Below, in pieces: positions 50,899 through 52,799 of a stretch of DNA of 52,799 bases (positions within the stretch are counted from its first letter, which is position 1; each line of letters starts with the position of its first letter). The position numbers and the translations under genes were made by a program. The notes under the pieces are model-generated. The model made no database searches. It was not told where the DNA came from and saw only the letters and a program-made list of their open reading frames with translations. This stretch comes from a virus. Lineage: Duplodnaviria; Caudoviricetes. The stretch lies in the IMG/VR virus record IMGVR_UViG_3300030410_000060, positions 1 to 52,799 of that record; one strand, given 5' to 3'.

Positions 50899-51893
50899 AG
50901 AAGACCTCTCCAAGTAGTTTTAAGATATTCTTTCTCCTCTAGGGTCTCATCTAGAGAGTCAATTAAGCTATCAAATAATTCAAAGTTGGTAACCTTTTTC
51001 GTAGGTTTTGTTACTAAAGGTGTGTCAAAGTAACACTTTTCTAACTTATAGTTACTGTGTCCTAAAATATACTCCCCGATCTCTACTTTATCCAACTTAT
51101 CTAGCTCCGACTTAGGGCCTGAGACCTTAAGCCAAAGGAGGTCATTTGGAGACACCTTGACCTCTCGGAGAGAGTCGTAAACTACTTCTATGACCCGATG
51201 ACGTCTGAGGTTAGTGGGAATAAACTCTAAAGAGCCGTCGTCGTAGAGGACGCTAAAGCCTTTCTCTCCGTCCTCTACCTCTCCGAAGTTGAGGGAGTAG
51301 GGGTTACCGAGGTAGCTAAAAGTGCCCACTAAATTCTCTCTCCTGGGCCCGCATTGGATATCCTGTCTGCGGTGATAGTGGCTAGCTATGACTCGAAAGT
51401 CTTTGAAAGCCTCGGGCGGGAGGGAGGTTTTATCCTGGGAGTAATGACCCATAAAAGCAGTCTGTATTCCTTGGTGTAGGATTATACGGCTACCCTTCGG
51501 TATGGTAGTTAAAATATCCAACAGTGCCTCTGAGGACGTCTGATAGGGTATGAGCCAAGAGTCTAGATTAGGGGAGTACCCAGGTTTATCCAGGACACCG
51601 ACGTAGGGACTTAAAAACCCTAAAGAGTGCTCAGAGCCTTTCTCATTAATCATGTCGTGGTTACCTACGTTAAGCACTGCACCAATATCGCGACGATTAA
51701 ATAAGCTAATTAACCTATTCATGATCTCAGCCCGCACAATAGCCTTAGAGTCTAAGGTATCCCCGTTAAGGATTAAGGGTACTTTTAGCTCTAGCGCTTT
51801 CTCCTGCATCTGCTTTACTACTGCTGTCGCCTCCTCGAGAGTATTTAGTGTAAAATGGCAGTCTCCCGTTATGACGGCTAAGGGTTTACTCAT
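50895..51893 (-). CDS. Mre11/SbcD/gp47-like nuclease
   Basis: GDCH, GDTLD, GNHD, HQG, SHYH, YLGNP..FGE. Confidence 0.9.
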   Translation of the reverse strand: MSKPLAVITGDCHFTLNTLEEATAVVKQMQEKALELKVPLILNGDTLDSKAIVRAEIMNRLISLFNRRDIGAVLNVGNHDMINEKGSEHSLGFLSPYVGVLDKPGYSPNLDSWLIPYQTSSEALLDILTTIPKGSRIILHQGIQTAFMGHYSQDKTSLPPEAFKDFRVIASHYHRRQDIQCGPRRENLVGTFSYLGNPYSLNFGEVEDGEKGFSVLYDDGSLEFIPTNLRRHRVIEVVYDSLREVKVSPNDLLWLKVSGPKSELDKLDKVEIGEYILGHSNYKLEKCYFDTPLVTKPTKKVTNFELFDSLIDSLDETLEEKEYLKTTWRGLL

Positions 51894-52788
51894 CTTCAGA
51901 CTCCTCTTGTACAGTATCCGATACGCCAGTACCGTCGGCAGTTACCGTAAAATCTAGTTGGTGCACCGAGGTGGCGCTCTGGCTTAAATGATTCTTAGAC
52001 ACGGTAGCCCTGGTAATAATTCCATACTTTGTTAATACTCCCTTAACAGTCTTAGTTAACACCTTAATCCGCTTTAGCATGACAATAAGAGAGGAGTGGT
52101 ATTCGATTTTAGCTCCTCCGCTCGCTTGGTCGCCATGCTGCATAAAGCCGATCTTGGCGTAGGTTTGATTGGCGAGGTATACCGCTATGCTGTCGGGGTA
52201 CTTATTAATTAAGGCTACCAAGACTTTCATAAAAGAGCCGTTTTCTTTAGCGTCTTGTCCGGGCTGGGCGTGTTTCTCGCTGTCCATTTCCCTTTCGGCA
52301 TGCGACCTCGATTGTGACCCTCCGACACTGTCCCAGACGAATAGGATTTTAGAGGAGGGGTCTTGTTCTTTTATCGCGGTAATATACTTACGGACTAGTT
52401 CTCCGCCCTTCAAGATCTCATTAGTTTTAATCATAAGGACTTGAGAAGGGTCGCCACCTAAGTGGTTTTTAAACCGGGCGGCGTCATACTTATCCTCTGA
52501 GTCAAATAAGATAACCTGGATACCGGCTCTTTGAGCCGCTGCCATGCACTCTCCCGCGAAAGTGCTTTTACCGCAGTCGGGCTTTCCTGCTATCTGGATT
52601 ATCTTATTGTAAGGGATACCGGGTAGGCCGGTAAGCTGGGTGAGGGGGTGACCTGCTGGGAGAGGCACTACGTCTTTATCCGTATAGACGGATTTGACGG
52701 AGTCGCCCGTACAGATAATAGACTGCACCTTTTTGTCCTTAGCGTATAGCTTCTGCATGTCGGAAATGATTTTATTTACATTAACCAT
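51886..52788 (-). CDS. RecA/UvsX-like recombinase
   Basis: GKPDCGKST, FDSE, VWDSVG, ANQ, SGGAKIEYHSS. Confidence 0.9.
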   Translation of the reverse strand: MVNVNKIISDMQKLYAKDKKVQSIICTGDSVKSVYTDKDVVPLPAGHPLTQLTGLPGIPYNKIIQIAGKPDCGKSTFAGECMAAAQRAGIQVILFDSEDKYDAARFKNHLGGDPSQVLMIKTNEILKGGELVRKYITAIKEQDPSSKILFVWDSVGGSQSRSHAEREMDSEKHAQPGQDAKENGSFMKVLVALINKYPDSIAVYLANQTYAKIGFMQHGDQASGGAKIEYHSSLIVMLKRIKVLTKTVKGVLTKYGIITRATVSKNHLSQSATSVHQLDFTVTADGTGVSDTVQEESEDE

Positions 52789-52799
52789 TAAAAGCTCCA

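Noticed and set aside
1-52799. Stop-codon reassignment, tRNA genes, integrase or lysogeny module
   Set aside because: Conserved genes are full length in the standard code and TAG, TGA and TAA all end real genes; no cloverleaf or integrase motif seen, though the genome is incomplete

Overview
The window is part of a dsDNA tailed-phage genome with podovirus-like gene order; it is not a complete genome, and no host genes, integrase, tRNA or CRISPR array are visible. From ~3.4 kb to the end almost everything is on the minus strand: RecA, Mre11/Rad50-like pair, HNH nuclease, metallophosphoesterase, SLT transglycosylase, dNMP kinase, SSB, primase-helicase and family A DNA polymerase; then TerS/TerL, portal, scaffold and major capsid protein; an interposed accessory island (class II RNR, dUTPase, small ORFs, sigma70-like promoters); then tail genes, three ejection-type proteins, three adaptor+fibre/lectin pairs and a PAS / holin-like / lipoprotein-protease trio. 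The plus-strand left arm carries a DEDDh exonuclease, an SF2 helicase and a GH24 endolysin. Best-supported surprises: (1) a 524-nt group I intron splits the major capsid gene and its endonuclease VII ORF runs through the ribozyme core; (2) a motif GTGnA-N6-TACACTTAGTA sits upstream of four late gene blocks; (3) a [MYF]AxGGx[VI] motif is shared by four putative internal virion proteins; (4) a PQ-loop gene is broken by an exonuclease cassette flanked by two gene fragments; (5) a stand-alone PAS protein is coupled to a holin-like gene and a lipoprotein trypsin-like protease. All product calls come from motif recognition and synteny by eye; no database searches or folding programs were run.
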